Source: Intrasporangiaceae bacterium (GTDB lineage Bacteria > Actinomycetota > Actinomycetes > Actinomycetales > Dermatophilaceae). From it: a stretch of 64,000 nt of DNA. A program made the translations under genes and the position numbers. Shown piece by piece: positions 18,214 to 28,613 of the stretch (its first letter is position 1; every line of letters begins with the position of its first letter). Under the pieces are notes generated by a model. The model saw only the letters and a list, made by a program, of their open reading frames with translations, ran no database searches and was not told the DNA's origin. The stretch covers positions 5 to 64,004 of the forward strand of contig JAJPIW010000006.1 in assembly GCA_021324575.1 (NCBI GenBank). Direction: 5' to 3'.

Positions 18214-19266
18214 ATGCTTGACGACATGGGCCTGCCCACCGAGGAGGCGTCCGATCCGGGCCCCGACACAGCTCGCCGCAAGCCGCGCTGGGGGCGACGG
18301 ATCCTCGGCATCCTGCTCGGCCTCGTCCTGCTCATTGTCATCGGGGTCGGCGGCTACCTCGGGTTCCTCAACCACACGGTGAGCAGCAACGTCAAGCAGC
18401 AGGACCTGCTGGGCGAGGACCAGGGCGGCGGAACGAACGTGCCCGACCCGGCCGCCTCGAAGGTGGTGTCGGGTCGGGGGACCAACTACCTGTTCATCGG
18501 GTCCGACGCACGCCCCGGCGACACCGTCTCCAGGTCCGACGTGATCATCCTGATGCACATCGACCAGGACTCCAACAAGGTCTACCTCATCCACTTCCCG
18601 CGCGACCTCTACGTCACGATCCCGGGTCACGGCAAGAACAAGATCAACGCCTCCTACGCCTTCGGTGGGGCTCCGCTCCTCGTCCGGACGGTCCAGGACC
18701 TCATCGGCGTGAAGATCAACCACGTCGCCAAGACCGACTTCACCGGGTTCTCCGCCATGACCGACGCCGTCGGCGGGGTCCGCGTCTGGGCCGCCGAGGC
18801 GAGCAACGGGACGGGCAATGGCGGCCCGGTGGTCATCCACAAGGGGTGGAACGACCTCAACGGCACCCAGGCGCTGGCTTTCGTCCGCGAGCGGCACGAC
18901 CTGAGCGAGGGCGACATCTCCCGCGGCCAACGGCAGCTGGCCTTCATCAAGGCGCTGATGACCAAGGCGATCAGCAAGCCGGTGGTCACCAACCCGATCA
19001 AGGTCGCCCAGTTCGTCGACGCGGCGACGAAGAACCTCGTCGTCGACAAGTCCCTCTCGGTGGGCGCCATGCGATCCCAGGCGTTCGCGCTGCGGAACAT
19101 CCGCAGCGGCGACATCGTCTTCGTGACCGCGCCGTTCACCGGGTTCGCCAACGACCCCAAGGCCGGCGCGATCGACGTCGTCGACGACGCCGGCATGGCC
19201 ACTCTGGGTCAGGACCTCGCCAACGACACGATGGACAAGTACGCCGACGTCAGCGTTGTCCCCTGA
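18214..19266 (+). CDS. LytR-CpsA-Psr (LCP) family cell-wall glycopolymer ligase
   Basis: The TM anchor is followed by SRSDVIILMHID, LIHFPRDLYV and LAFVRERH...GDISRGQRQ. The start is either ATG 18214 or GTG 18181. Confidence 0.88.
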   Translation: MLDDMGLPTEEASDPGPDTARRKPRWGRRILGILLGLVLLIVIGVGGYLGFLNHTVSSNVKQQDLLGEDQGGGTNVPDPAASKVVSGRGTNYLFIGSDARPGDTVSRSDVIILMHIDQDSNKVYLIHFPRDLYVTIPGHGKNKINASYAFGGAPLLVRTVQDLIGVKINHVAKTDFTGFSAMTDAVGGVRVWAAEASNGTGNGGPVVIHKGWNDLNGTQALAFVRERHDLSEGDISRGQRQLAFIKALMTKAISKPVVTNPIKVAQFVDAATKNLVVDKSLSVGAMRSQAFALRNIRSGDIVFVTAPFTGFANDPKAGAIDVVDDAGMATLGQDLANDTMDKYADVSVVP

Positions 19267-19282
19267 GGCCCTGCCGCTGGGA

Positions 19283-19304
19283 GGTGAGGGGTCGCCCCTC
19301 CACC
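19283..19304. terminator. GC-rich hairpin between convergent genes
   Basis: GGTGAGGGG-tcg-CCCCTCCACC lies between the LCP stop (19266) and the nitrobindin-like stop (19321). Confidence 0.4.
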
Positions 19305-19320
19305 GGCGCGGTCGGAACCT

Positions 19321-19818
19321 TCAGCCGACCCGCTTGAGCTCGGCCGACAGGTGGCTCTGCAATGGCTGGCCGACGGCGGCCATGTCCATGGCATACATGA
19401 GGTTGGAGTTGACCAGTCCGAGCAGGCGCGTGCCGGCCGAGTAGTCCTTGGCGTTCGGGCTGCGCAGGACGCCGTCGGTGCGCAGCTCGATCTTGGCCGG
19501 CTCGGCCGTGCCGTAGTACAGCTCGACGACCCCGAAGTTGTGCGCGAGGAGCAGCTCGACTTCACCGCCCTCGACGACCCGCCAGAAGCCCAGCTCGGTG
19601 GCCAGCGGACGGACCTTGTTGCCCTCCTCGTCGAGGAGCCAGCTGTGGCTCTGCCACTCCAGGAACGGCCGGCCGTCGTGCGAGCAGATGATCTCCTGCC
19701 CGTAGTTGCGCGACTCGATGGTCGGGTAGCCGACGACGCCGGCCCCCTCCCAGCGCCCGATCAGCCAGGCGAGCGGGGCGAGTTCGATCGGCATGTCGAG
19801 GTCGAGGTTGAAGGCCAC
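19321..19818 (-). CDS. FABP-fold / nitrobindin-like beta-barrel protein (DUF1794)
   Basis: 165 aa with the LAWLIGRWEG motif, as in the Rv0813c family. Confidence 0.78.
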   Translation of the reverse strand: MAFNLDLDMPIELAPLAWLIGRWEGAGVVGYPTIESRNYGQEIICSHDGRPFLEWQSHSWLLDEEGNKVRPLATELGFWRVVEGGEVELLLAHNFGVVELYYGTAEPAKIELRTDGVLRSPNAKDYSAGTRLLGLVNSNLMYAMDMAAVGQPLQSHLSAELKRVG

Positions 19819-19841
19819 GGGCCAAATCGTAGTCTGGCCGT

Positions 19842-20213
19842 ATGCCGTCCGCCCATCGCTCCCTCGTCGTCAAGGTGACCTGCGGGGTCGAGGCCCCCGA
19901 ACGACTCAACCAGGCCGTCACGGTGGCAGCCACCGCCGTCGCGAGCGGGTATGCCGTGAGCCTCTGGCTGACCGGCGAGGCCTCCTGGCTGGCGGTGCCC
20001 GGCCGGGCCGAACAGTTCGAGCTGGCGCAGGCGGCACCGCTGTCGGACCTGCTCGCGGCTGTTCTCGAGAGCGGCCGGGTCACCGTGTGCGGTCAGTGTG
20101 CGGCGCGCCGCGAGCTGACGACCGACGATCTGCTGGCCGGCGTCACGATCCGCGGCGCTGCGGCATACGTCGAAGAGGTCATGACCGAGGGCACGCAGGC
20201 ACTGGTCTACTGA
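19842..20213 (+). CDS. DsrE/DsrF-like family protein
   Basis: 123 aa with an alpha/beta DsrE-like pattern and the CGQC motif (VTVCGQCAARR). Its start ATG lies inside a CGTATGCCG motif copy. Confidence 0.65.
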   Translation: MPSAHRSLVVKVTCGVEAPERLNQAVTVAATAVASGYAVSLWLTGEASWLAVPGRAEQFELAQAAPLSDLLAAVLESGRVTVCGQCAARRELTTDDLLAGVTIRGAAAYVEEVMTEGTQALVY

Positions 20214-20230
20214 CTCGGTGCCCGCGGTCG

Positions 20231-21100
20231 TCAGCCCCCGAGCAGGACCCGGGTGAAGACGAGGACGACGACACCGTTCAGGAGCAGCGACGCCGCTGCC
20301 GAGGCGACCTGACCGCGGGTGCCGGCGATCGCGGGCAGGGTGGCGAGCACCCGACGCATGGCATGGCTCACCGCGCCGACGAGGAAGCCCAGCAGGACGG
20401 CCTGCCCGATGCGCGGCGAGCCAGCGGCCAGGCTGGCTAGCGCGGCCGCCCACCCGCCGAGCAGCATGGCGAGCGGCAGGAGCCAGGGCCGCAGCCTTGG
20501 GCGGTTGACGAAGAGGTCGGCCAGGGCCGCCGCCGCGACACCGGCCGCCGCGCACGCAAGGGCGTCGACGCCACCGGTCACCCGGGCCAGGCCGACGGCG
20601 GCGGCACCACAGGTGAGGATGGCCAGCGCGGCCGTGCTCGTCGTCACCGCCTCGGTGAGCCGCGAGCGGCCGTCACGACGGAACAGCTGGTGGGCCAGCA
20701 GGAGCAGCAGCCCTCCGCCCACGACGGCCGGCAGGTTGCGCAGGTAGGGGTCGTCGGGCGTGGCGGCGACGATCGCCGGACCGGCCACCGCGACCAGCCC
20801 GACGAGGATCCGGGGGACGGTCGGGGACGGGGCTTCGAACAGGTCGAGCCAGCCCCAGGCGAGGGCCAGACCGGTGAGCGCGACCGCACCGGCGAGAAGC
20901 AGCGGATCGGCATACGCGGTGAGTGCGGTCAGGCCGCTGAGGGCGACCGTCGCCACGACGACGAGCGGCCGACGGTCGATGGTCGCCGCCGGAAGCGGGC
21001 GGTCGCCGGTGCGAGCCATCCGGCGCGCCGCCCGGGTGGGCGGCTCCGAAGGCCCCGACAGCTCCGTCGACGCATCGCTGGACTCGGACACAGCCGTCAT
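20231..21100 (-). CDS. Hypothetical polytopic membrane protein
   Basis: ATG at 21100 (MTAVSESSD) within track ORF 20231-21178. The protein has multiple Ala/Leu/Gly-rich TM segments. Confidence 0.6.
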   Translation of the reverse strand: MTAVSESSDASTELSGPSEPPTRAARRMARTGDRPLPAATIDRRPLVVVATVALSGLTALTAYADPLLLAGAVALTGLALAWGWLDLFEAPSPTVPRILVGLVAVAGPAIVAATPDDPYLRNLPAVVGGGLLLLLAHQLFRRDGRSRLTEAVTTSTAALAILTCGAAAVGLARVTGGVDALACAAAGVAAAALADLFVNRPRLRPWLLPLAMLLGGWAAALASLAAGSPRIGQAVLLGFLVGAVSHAMRRVLATLPAIAGTRGQVASAAASLLLNGVVVLVFTRVLLGG

Positions 21101-21107
21101 GATCGCA

Positions 21108-21380
21108 TCACCCACCGGCGAACGGCGGCAGGACCTCCAGGACGGAGCTCGGGGGCGCGTCGTCGTCCGGGCCGACACGGTGCCCGTCGACGAGCAGCGA
21201 GCAGAGCGGGAGGATCGCGGCCACGCCGGGGGCGAGCCGGGACGCAGCTGCGGTCACCTCGCCGACCCGGCCGGCCGCCACGACGACCTCCTCGACGCCA
21301 GCGGCTGCGCGGGCACCCGCCCAGAACCGGACGCGAACGGCGCGGTCCACTTCGTGGTGAGCGGGGTCGATAACGGTCAT
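21108..21380 (-). CDS. MoaD/ThiS-family ubiquitin-like small protein ending in Gly-Gly
   Basis: A 90-aa ORF ([10 protein letters not shown]...[10 protein letters not shown]) hidden inside the antisense track ORF 21108-22016. It has a C-terminal GG and a beta-grasp-like pattern ([10 protein letters not shown]). Confidence 0.6.
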   Translation of the reverse strand: MTVIDPAHHEVDRAVRVRFWAGARAAAGVEEVVVAAGRVGEVTAAASRLAPGVAAILPLCSLLVDGHRVGPDDDAPPSSVLEVLPPFAGG

Positions 21381-21401
21381 GACGGCATATCCTGCCCTGT
21401 C

Positions 21402-22091
21402 ATGGCGGAGTTGTTGTTGCTGACCAACGCCTTGGCGCCGAGCGCCGAGGTGTTGCCGGCCCTCGGCCTGCTTGCACATCGGGTGCGGATCCTGCCCGCC
21501 GAGGCGACCGCCCTGCTCAACACCGCCCCCGCCGACGCCGTCCTGGTCGATGCCCGCCGCGAGCTGGCCGTGGCCCGCTCCCTGTGCCGCGTCCTGCGCA
21601 CGACCGGGGTGTCCGTCCCGCTCATCGCCATCCTCACCGAGGGCGGCCTGGCCGGAGTCACCCCGGAGTGGGGCCTGGACGACGTCATCGTCGACAGCGC
21701 CGGCCCGGCTGAGGTCGAGGCGCGTCTGCGGCTCGCCTCCGGCCGACTCGCCGACGAACCGACCACGGCTGAGGCCCGGATCCAGAGCGGCAACCTGTCC
21801 ATCGACGAGGCGACGTATGCCGCGAAGCTGCACGGCCGGGTCCTCGACCTGACCTACAAGGAGTTCGAGCTGCTCAAGTATCTCGCCCAGCACCCGGGCC
21901 GGGTCTTCACCCGCGCCCAGCTGCTGCAGGAGGTGTGGGGCTACGACTACTACGGAGGCACCCGTACCGTCGACGTCCACGTCCGGCGGCTGCGCGCCAA
22001 GCTCGGCGTCGACCACGAGCTGCTCATCGGCACCGTCCGCAACGTCGGCTACCGGTTCGTCCCTGAGGACGTCGAGACCGCGGCCGGCTGA
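21402..22091 (+). CDS. glnR: Orphan OmpR-type response regulator GlnR (nitrogen regulator)
   Basis: ATG at 21402 ([24 protein letters not shown]). The C-terminal half [54 protein letters not shown] matches actinobacterial GlnR, and mshD lies nearby as in the Rv0818-Rv0819 arrangement. Confidence 0.85.
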   Translation: MAELLLLTNALAPSAEVLPALGLLAHRVRILPAEATALLNTAPADAVLVDARRELAVARSLCRVLRTTGVSVPLIAILTEGGLAGVTPEWGLDDVIVDSAGPAEVEARLRLASGRLADEPTTAEARIQSGNLSIDEATYAAKLHGRVLDLTYKEFELLKYLAQHPGRVFTRAQLLQEVWGYDYYGGTRTVDVHVRRLRAKLGVDHELLIGTVRNVGYRFVPEDVETAAG

Positions 22092-22107
22092 CCGGCATAC
22101 GAGCCGC

Positions 22108-22148
22108 GTCGCTTCGGTTTATCGGGTCACCCGATAAACCGAAGCGAC
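22108..22148. terminator. Perfect 19-bp stem, 3-nt loop hairpin between convergent glnR and the 5'-nucleotidase gene
   Basis: GTCGCTTCGGTTTATCGGG-tca-CCCGATAAACCGAAGCGAC. Confidence 0.75.
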
Positions 22149-22207
22149 ACATAGGTTCCAACTCTGTATCTGTGGACTTTCTCGGGTAACCCGATAAAGC
22201 AGGGGGC

Positions 22208-24037
22208 CTACGGGGAGGTGATCCGGTCGAGGGCCGCGGGGGTGTACGGGTCGTGGGCCGACAGGTAGCTGGCGAACGCGTCGATGTCCAGGCCGCCGAA
22301 GTACACGTTGGTCGAGGACTTGAACGTCCCGAAGTTGTCGCCGCCACCGGCGACGAAGTTGTTCGTCACGACCCGGTAGGTCGTCGTGTCGCTGATCGGC
22401 GTGCCGTTCAGCGTCACGGCGCCCAGCACGTTCCCGTTGTGGGAGTAGGCGAAGCCTTTGGAGACCTGGAGGACCTTGATGGTGCCCTTGTTGGCCGGGT
22501 CGTTCAGCCCCGACCACTGCTCGTTCAGCACCGACTTGATCTGCGCGCCGGTGAGGTCGAGCGAGACGAGATAGTTGTTGAACGGCTGGACCGCGAAGGC
22601 GTCACCGAAGGTGACCGTGCCACCGTCGTGGTAGGTGAGGTCGGTGCGGATGCCGCCGGGGTTCATCATTGCGATGACCGGGGTGGCGAACGGACCCTTG
22701 ACGCTGGGGTCGGCCAGCTGGGCGTCGGCGATGAGGTCACCGAGGGGCGTCTCGCCGCCGGCGTTGGCGGTGCGGGTCACCGATGTCGTGATGTGCCCGA
22801 TGACCCGGTTCTGCACCGGCGCGATGAGCGTCTTGTAGAGGTTGATGATGTTGGTCTCGGCCGGGTCCTTGGCCACCTCGCGGCTGACGATCACGTTCGT
22901 GCCCTTGACCGACGCCCGGACGATGTCCTGGGTGCGACGGTCGTAGGTCAGGTCCGTCTCGGTGAAGAGGCGACCGAACGACGACGCCGACGTCACGAGC
23001 CGCTGCTGGCCCTTGGGGTCGGGCACGCTGCAGACGTACGGCTGGTGGGTGTGGCCGGAGACGATCATGTCGATGGCCGGGTCGAGGTTCTTGGCGATGT
23101 CGAGGATCGGGGAGTCGCCGGTGATCGTCTTGTCGAAGGTCCCACCGTCACACGCCCACTTGTAGTTGGGGTTGACGTTGTAGGTCGTCCCGTTGGTCGC
23201 AGTCCACTGCTCGAGGGCTGGGGTGCCGCCCTGGTGGATCAGGACGACGATCGCATTGACACCTTGGGCGCGCAGCACCGGGACGAGGGCGTTGGCGGTG
23301 GCCACCTCGTCCTTGAAGGTGAGCCCGGCGACGCCGGCCTGGGTGACGATGGTCGGGGTGTCCTTGAGGGTCATCCCGATGAAGCCGATCTTGGCTCCCT
23401 TGAACGTCTTGATGCTGTAGGCCGGGAGGATCGTCTTGTTGGTTCCGCTGTAGAAGACGTTGGCCGCGAGGTAGTCGAAATTTGCCCCCGTGAACGTGTG
23501 CGCGGCGCAGGAGTTCTGGTTGGCGGCGCCGTCGCCGTCGTCGATACAGCCACCGTCGGCCATCCGCTGAAGCTCGAGGTAGCCCTCGTCGAACTCGTGG
23601 TTGCCCACCGAGGTGACGTCGAGGTGCAGAGCGTTCATGGCCTCGATCGTCGGCTCGTCGTGGAACGCCGCGGAGAGGAGCGGGGACGCGCCGATCAGGT
23701 CGCCGGCCGCGACGGTGAGGGAGTACGGATGGCCCTTGCGCGCCTCGGCGAGGTGGGTCGCGAGGTACTCGACACCACCGGCGTCCTGGGTCACGTCGCC
23801 CGCCGAGACGGCGCCCGTCGTGGGACTGGTGACCAGCTGGTGTCCGACGACGACGCGACCGCTGGAGCCGGACGGGGCCTCCAGGTTGCCGTGGAAGTCG
23901 TTGAAGGACAGGAGCTGGATGTCCATAGTCGGCCCGTTCGGGGCAGCCTCGGATGCCGTGCTCGTGAGCGCCGCGCCGGCGACGGTCGTCGTCGCCAGGG
24001 CGACGACGCTCGCGATCCTCTTGGTTGCTGTTCTCAT
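22208..24037 (-). CDS. Secreted bifunctional metallophosphatase / 5'-nucleotidase
   Basis: ATG at 24037 (MRTATKRIASVVALATT signal peptide). Motifs include NDFHGNLE and GNHEFDEG, plus a C-terminal 5'-nucleotidase domain. Confidence 0.9.
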   Translation of the reverse strand: MRTATKRIASVVALATTTVAGAALTSTASEAAPNGPTMDIQLLSFNDFHGNLEAPSGSSGRVVVGHQLVTSPTTGAVSAGDVTQDAGGVEYLATHLAEARKGHPYSLTVAAGDLIGASPLLSAAFHDEPTIEAMNALHLDVTSVGNHEFDEGYLELQRMADGGCIDDGDGAANQNSCAAHTFTGANFDYLAANVFYSGTNKTILPAYSIKTFKGAKIGFIGMTLKDTPTIVTQAGVAGLTFKDEVATANALVPVLRAQGVNAIVVLIHQGGTPALEQWTATNGTTYNVNPNYKWACDGGTFDKTITGDSPILDIAKNLDPAIDMIVSGHTHQPYVCSVPDPKGQQRLVTSASSFGRLFTETDLTYDRRTQDIVRASVKGTNVIVSREVAKDPAETNIINLYKTLIAPVQNRVIGHITTSVTRTANAGGETPLGDLIADAQLADPSVKGPFATPVIAMMNPGGIRTDLTYHDGGTVTFGDAFAVQPFNNYLVSLDLTGAQIKSVLNEQWSGLNDPANKGTIKVLQVSKGFAYSHNGNVLGAVTLNGTPISDTTTYRVVTNNFVAGGGDNFGTFKSSTNVYFGGLDIDAFASYLSAHDPYTPAALDRITSP

Positions 24038-24171
24038 GCGGTTCCCTTGCGATGTGCGCGGCAGCGTGCTGAGCACTGCCCCGGAAGATGTCGGTTGCTG
24101 ACGCCGAGCCGGCGGAGGGAGAGCCGACTCTCGAGACGCTAGCGGGTCACACCGACAAATGGGATGGTGCA

Positions 24172-25128
24172 ATGGTCACGATGATCAGCGACCTCCCTTG
24201 GCAGTTCACGACCCTGCCGCTCGACCCGGCGACCGGCCCCGAGGCCGTCCGCACCCTCGCGTCGGGGGCCACAGCGAGTGACGGGGTGGCCCCCCTCTCG
24301 GAGCACTCCCTCCTCCACCTCACCTCTCCCCTGTCGCGGCACCTCTTCGCGTATGCCGGGGAGCAGCTCGTGGGGTACGCCCAGGTCTGGCAGGACCGGG
24401 CCGCCGAGCTGGTGGTCGCCCCGGTCTCGCGGCGCCACGGCTTGGGGTCGGCGCTCTGGGAGGCAGCCACGGAGGCCGGCGCGGACCGGGGATGGGCCCA
24501 CGGCGACCTGCCCGGAGCGGCCGGTCTCGCCGCGGCATACGGGCTGGAGCGGGTCCGCGAGCTGCACCGGATGACAAGGGTGCTCACCGCCGACGACCGG
24601 ACGGACGTCACCCTCCCCGACGGCTACACGGCCCGGGCGTTCGTGCCGGGACAGGACGAGGAGGCCTGGCTCGTGACCAACGCGGCAGCCTTCGCGACGC
24701 ATCCGGAGCAGGGCAGCCTGACCCGCGCCGACCTCGACCAGCGGATGGCCCAGGACTGGTTCGACCCGGCTGACTTCCTCGTGGTCGAGCACGTCGGGGC
24801 CCCCGGCCGGATCGTGGCGTTCCACTGGACCAAGGTCGAACCAGGCGCACGCGCGGGTTGGGCCCACGGTCGAGACGGCGACGAAGGAGCCGGGTCGACC
24901 GGGGAAACGTATGTGGTCGGGGTGGACCCGGCATACCAGGGTCGAGGGCTGGCCGGGCCGCTCACCCGGCTCGGGATCGCCCACCTCGCCGGGCGTGGGC
25001 TGCACGAGGTCGAGCTCTATGTCGACGGCGACAACGTGCGAGCCCTGCGCACCTACGAGGGGCAGGGATTCAGGTCGGCGAATGTCGACGTCGTCTATGC
25101 GACCAGGGAGCGCGAACCCGGCCGCTGA
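24172..25128 (+). CDS. mshD: Mycothiol synthase (tandem GNAT acetyltransferase)
   Basis: Two GNAT repeats ([10 protein letters not shown] and [10 protein letters not shown]) and a length typical of MshD. The start is ATG 24172 or 24181. Confidence 0.85.
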   Translation: MVTMISDLPWQFTTLPLDPATGPEAVRTLASGATASDGVAPLSEHSLLHLTSPLSRHLFAYAGEQLVGYAQVWQDRAAELVVAPVSRRHGLGSALWEAATEAGADRGWAHGDLPGAAGLAAAYGLERVRELHRMTRVLTADDRTDVTLPDGYTARAFVPGQDEEAWLVTNAAAFATHPEQGSLTRADLDQRMAQDWFDPADFLVVEHVGAPGRIVAFHWTKVEPGARAGWAHGRDGDEGAGSTGETYVVGVDPAYQGRGLAGPLTRLGIAHLAGRGLHEVELYVDGDNVRALRTYEGQGFRSANVDVVYATREREPGR

Positions 25129-25144
25129 CTGTCAGGATGGAGCC

Positions 25145-27466
25145 ATGACGACGACGGACCCCGGGCTGCAGGACATCGTCGAGCGCGAGCAGCCGCACGA
25201 GGCGCAGCAGGGGGAGCGGCGCGACGAGCCGGCCGGCCTGGAGCTCGTCCCCGACGTGACCGTCACGATGTCCTCGGCTGCCGACGAGCGACGCAGTACC
25301 CCGCGGGCCGCCAACGGCCGTTTCGTCCGGGTCACCGACAGCACCTCCGACGCCGAGGACCTGCCGGCCGACCGGTTCCTCGACCGCGAGATCTCCTGGC
25401 TGCAGTTCAACGAACGGGTCCTCCAGCTGGCAGCCGACGACAACCTGCCGTTGCTCGAGCGGGCCCGGTTCCTCGCCATCTTCACGAGCAACCTCGACGA
25501 GTTCTTCATGGTGCGGGTCGCCGGGCTGAAGCGGCGGATCGCCACCGGACTGGCCGTGCGCGCGTCCTCCGGGCTCGAGCCGCGCGAGGTGCTCGACCAG
25601 CTCGCCGTGGTCAGCCACGAGCTGCTCGCCCGACAGGCCCGCGTCTTCCACGAGCTGGTCCGGCCGGCGCTCTCGGAGGAGGGCATCACCGTCGTCCGCT
25701 GGGACGAGCTGGCGACCGAGGAGCAGGAAGCGCTCGGGGAGATGTTCACCGACGCGATCTTCCCGGTCCTCACCCCGCTCGCCGTGGACCCGGCCCACCC
25801 CTTCCCCTACATCTCCGGCCTCTCGCTCAACCTGGCCGTCCTGCTCATCAACCCGCGGACGGGCAAGGAGCACTTCGCCCGGGTCAAGGTGCCGCCGTCG
25901 CTGCCGCGCCTGGTCCGCGTCGAGGGTCGCACCGGCGAGGGCGGCTTCCTCGACCCGTATGCCGTGCGTTTCGTCCCCGTGGAGGACGTCATCGCCGCGC
26001 ACCTGGACCAGCTCTTCCCCGGGATGGAGCTCCGCGAGCACTTCACCTTCCGGGTGACCCGCAACGAGGACATGGAGGTCGAGGAGGACGACGCCGAGAA
26101 CCTCCTCACCGTTCTGGAGCGCGAGCTGACCCGCAGGCGGTTCGGTCCGCCGGTCCGCCTCGAGGTCGAGGAGACGATGGACGACCACGTCATGGACCTG
26201 CTCGTCCGCGAGCTAGGCGTCCACGAGTCCGAGGTCTACCGGCTGCCCGCCCCGCTCGACCTGCGCGCCCTCAACGTGGTCGCCGACCTCGAGCGCTCCG
26301 AGCTGCACTACCCGCCGTTCGTGTCGCGGAGCAACCCCGACCTGGCGCCCATCGAGCGGTCCAAGGCCGGCGACATCCTCGGCAGCATCCGACGACGCGA
26401 CGTGCTCCTCCAACACCCCTACGACTCGTTCTCCACGTCGGTCCAGGCCTTCATCGAGCAGGCGGCCGCCGACCCCAAGGTGCTCGCCATCAAGCAGACC
26501 CTCTATCGCACGAGCGGCGACTCCCCCATCGTCGACGCCCTCATCGACGCCGCCGAGGCCGGCAAGCAGGTCCTCGCGGTCGTCGAGATCAAGGCCCGCT
26601 TCGACGAGGTCAACAACATCTCCTGGGCCCGCAAGCTGGAGCATGCGGGCGTCCACGTCGTCTACGGGATCGTCGGCCTCAAGACGCACTGCAAGCTGTG
26701 CCTCGTGGTGCGCCAGGAGGGCGACGGCCTGGTCCGCTACTGCCACATCGGGACCGGCAACTACAACCCCAAGACGGCCCGCATCTACGAGGACTTCGGC
26801 CTGCTCACGACCGACCCGCAGGTGGGGGAGGACCTCGGCAAGCTGTTCAACCAGCTCTCCGGCCTGGCGCCGCGCAGCAAGTTCAAGCGGCTGCTCGTCG
26901 CGCCGCGGTCCGTGCGCAGCGGGCTGGTCGAGCGGATCGACGCCGAGATCGCCCACGCCGCCAAGGGCCGGGACGCGGTCATCGCGCTCAAGCTCAACGC
27001 CATCGTCGACGAGGCGACCATCGACGCCCTCTACCGCGCCTCGATGGCCGGGGTCAAGGTGAAGATCTGGGTCCGCGGCACCTGCGCTCTCCGCCCGGGC
27101 GTCCCCGGTCTGTCGGAGAACATCGAGGTGCGCTCCTACCTCGGCCGGTTCCTCGAGCACTCCCGCGTCTTCCTCTTCGGTGGTGACGGTGAGCCCGAGG
27201 CGTGGATCGGCAGCGCAGACATGATGCACCGCAACCTGGACCGCCGGGTGGAGGCACTCGTTCGGATCAGCGACCCCCGGCACGTCGCCGACCTCACCTC
27301 ACTCGTCGACCGTGCCTTCAGCGACGACTACGCGCACTGGCGGCTGGGGGCCGACGGCCGGTGGACCCGGCACCATCTCGACGCCGACGGCGTACCCCTC
27401 GCCGACCTGCAGAGCGCGCTGGTCGAGATGCACAACAAGCGGATCCGCAAGGCCCGCCGGCGCTGA
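25145..27466 (+). CDS. ppk: Polyphosphate kinase 1
   Basis: ATG at 25145 within track ORF 24911-27466. The 773-aa product has [13 protein letters not shown], the PLD-like HCKLCLVVR and a second HSRVFLF module. Confidence 0.93.
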   Translation: MTTTDPGLQDIVEREQPHEAQQGERRDEPAGLELVPDVTVTMSSAADERRSTPRAANGRFVRVTDSTSDAEDLPADRFLDREISWLQFNERVLQLAADDNLPLLERARFLAIFTSNLDEFFMVRVAGLKRRIATGLAVRASSGLEPREVLDQLAVVSHELLARQARVFHELVRPALSEEGITVVRWDELATEEQEALGEMFTDAIFPVLTPLAVDPAHPFPYISGLSLNLAVLLINPRTGKEHFARVKVPPSLPRLVRVEGRTGEGGFLDPYAVRFVPVEDVIAAHLDQLFPGMELREHFTFRVTRNEDMEVEEDDAENLLTVLERELTRRRFGPPVRLEVEETMDDHVMDLLVRELGVHESEVYRLPAPLDLRALNVVADLERSELHYPPFVSRSNPDLAPIERSKAGDILGSIRRRDVLLQHPYDSFSTSVQAFIEQAAADPKVLAIKQTLYRTSGDSPIVDALIDAAEAGKQVLAVVEIKARFDEVNNISWARKLEHAGVHVVYGIVGLKTHCKLCLVVRQEGDGLVRYCHIGTGNYNPKTARIYEDFGLLTTDPQVGEDLGKLFNQLSGLAPRSKFKRLLVAPRSVRSGLVERIDAEIAHAAKGRDAVIALKLNAIVDEATIDALYRASMAGVKVKIWVRGTCALRPGVPGLSENIEVRSYLGRFLEHSRVFLFGGDGEPEAWIGSADMMHRNLDRRVEALVRISDPRHVADLTSLVDRAFSDDYAHWRLGADGRWTRHHLDADGVPLADLQSALVEMHNKRIRKARRR

Positions 27467-27480
27467 GCCGGACTCTGCGT

Positions 27481-28416
27481 ATGCCGGTCATTCCTGCCGC
27501 CGGGACCATCCCCTGGCGCCACCGCCAGGGCACCCTCGAGGTCGCGCTCGTCCATCGGCCACGCTACGACGACTGGTCGTGGCCCAAGGGCAAGCTCGAC
27601 CCCGGCGAGGAGTGGACGGTGGCCGCGGCCCGGGAGACCCTGGAGGAGACCGGTCTGGCCGTCCACCTGGGCGTCCCCCTCCCCTCCTCGGAGTACACCG
27701 TCCTGGACCGTGACGGCAGCCCGGCGACCAAGGAGGTCCGCTACTGGGCGGCTGAGGTCGTGGGCGGCGACGGCCGGTTGGTCAACGAGATCGACGACGT
27801 CGCGTGGCTGGACCACGTCGCGGCATACGACCGGCTCGACTACGCGCGCGACCGCGACCAGCTGCTGGCGCTCGTGCGGGCCGACCAGCTGGGCTGCCTG
27901 GACACCCGGCCGCTCGCCATCGTCCGGCATGCCAAGGCGGTGCCCCGCTCGCTGTGGCGCCGCGACGACCGGCTGCGCCCGCTGGAGTCCCCCGGCGACC
28001 GACGGTCGGTCGCGCTGGCCCGGGTGCTCGCGGCATACGGGGTCACCCGCCTGGTCACGTCTCCCTCGGTCCGCTGCGCGGACACCCTCGCGCCGTATGC
28101 CGCGTCGCTGGGCCGGGCGATGAAGCTTCGCGACGCGCTGTCGGAGGAGGGCTTCGAGGCCGACCCGAGCGGTGCCGTCGCCGTCGTCCTGCGCGAGCTG
28201 ACTCGCAAGCGCGCAACCGCCCTGTGCAGCCACGGTCCGGTCCTGCCGACCATCCTGCGTACCGTGGCCGAGCGGGTCGACCCCGAGGCCGGTGAGGTCG
28301 GTGAGCTGCTCGAAGGGGTCGCCGAGGAGGGCATGTCCAAGGGCGAGGTGCTTGTCGTGCACCTGACACGGGACCCGGACCCGGTCGTGGTCGCGGTGGA
28401 GCGACACCGTCCCTGA
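27481..28416 (+). CDS. Nudix hydrolase fused to a histidine-phosphatase (SixA-like) domain, MutT1-like
   Basis: ATG at 27481. The Nudix box is GKLDPGEEWTVAAARETLEETG and the C-terminal domain carries IVRHAKA. It follows ppk, the same pairing as Rv2984-Rv2985. Confidence 0.85.
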   Translation: MPVIPAAGTIPWRHRQGTLEVALVHRPRYDDWSWPKGKLDPGEEWTVAAARETLEETGLAVHLGVPLPSSEYTVLDRDGSPATKEVRYWAAEVVGGDGRLVNEIDDVAWLDHVAAYDRLDYARDRDQLLALVRADQLGCLDTRPLAIVRHAKAVPRSLWRRDDRLRPLESPGDRRSVALARVLAAYGVTRLVTSPSVRCADTLAPYAASLGRAMKLRDALSEEGFEADPSGAVAVVLRELTRKRATALCSHGPVLPTILRTVAERVDPEAGEVGELLEGVAEEGMSKGEVLVVHLTRDPDPVVVAVERHRP

Positions 28417-28501
28417 CCCGACCTTCCCGGGGTTTGCCGGCATCGGGCTGAGCACGCCACACCCGTTCCGTGAATCGTTGGTCGCGCGAATGTCCGCCGC
28501 T

Positions 28502-28523
28502 GTTCACCCGGCGTTCACCCTCG
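28502..28523 (+). promoter_or_regulatory. PHO box: two 11-nt direct repeat units upstream of pstS
   Basis: GTTCACCCGGC-GTTCACCCTCG ends 90 nt upstream of the pstS GTG. It matches the GTTCACC direct-repeat core described for actinobacterial PhoP/RegX3-type regulators. Confidence 0.6.
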
Positions 28524-28613
28524 ACGGGCCGCTGCGTCACCCGCCCTCCCTACCTTCGAGTGGTCGGACACCGTTGCCGGCACCCTTTCCCCATTTCTTG
28601 GAAGGCACTACCC

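Noticed and set aside
22253-24142. 629-aa plus-strand ORF
   Set aside because: It is antisense to the 5'-nucleotidase gene, which has unmistakable metallophosphatase motifs, and its composition is dominated by Gly/Val/Arg/Asp.
24911-25144. N-terminal extension of ppk overlapping mshD
   Set aside because: The extension reads through the mshD 3' end in another frame and is Arg/Gly-rich. The ATG at 25145, directly after the mshD stop, gives a normal Ppk1 N-terminus.
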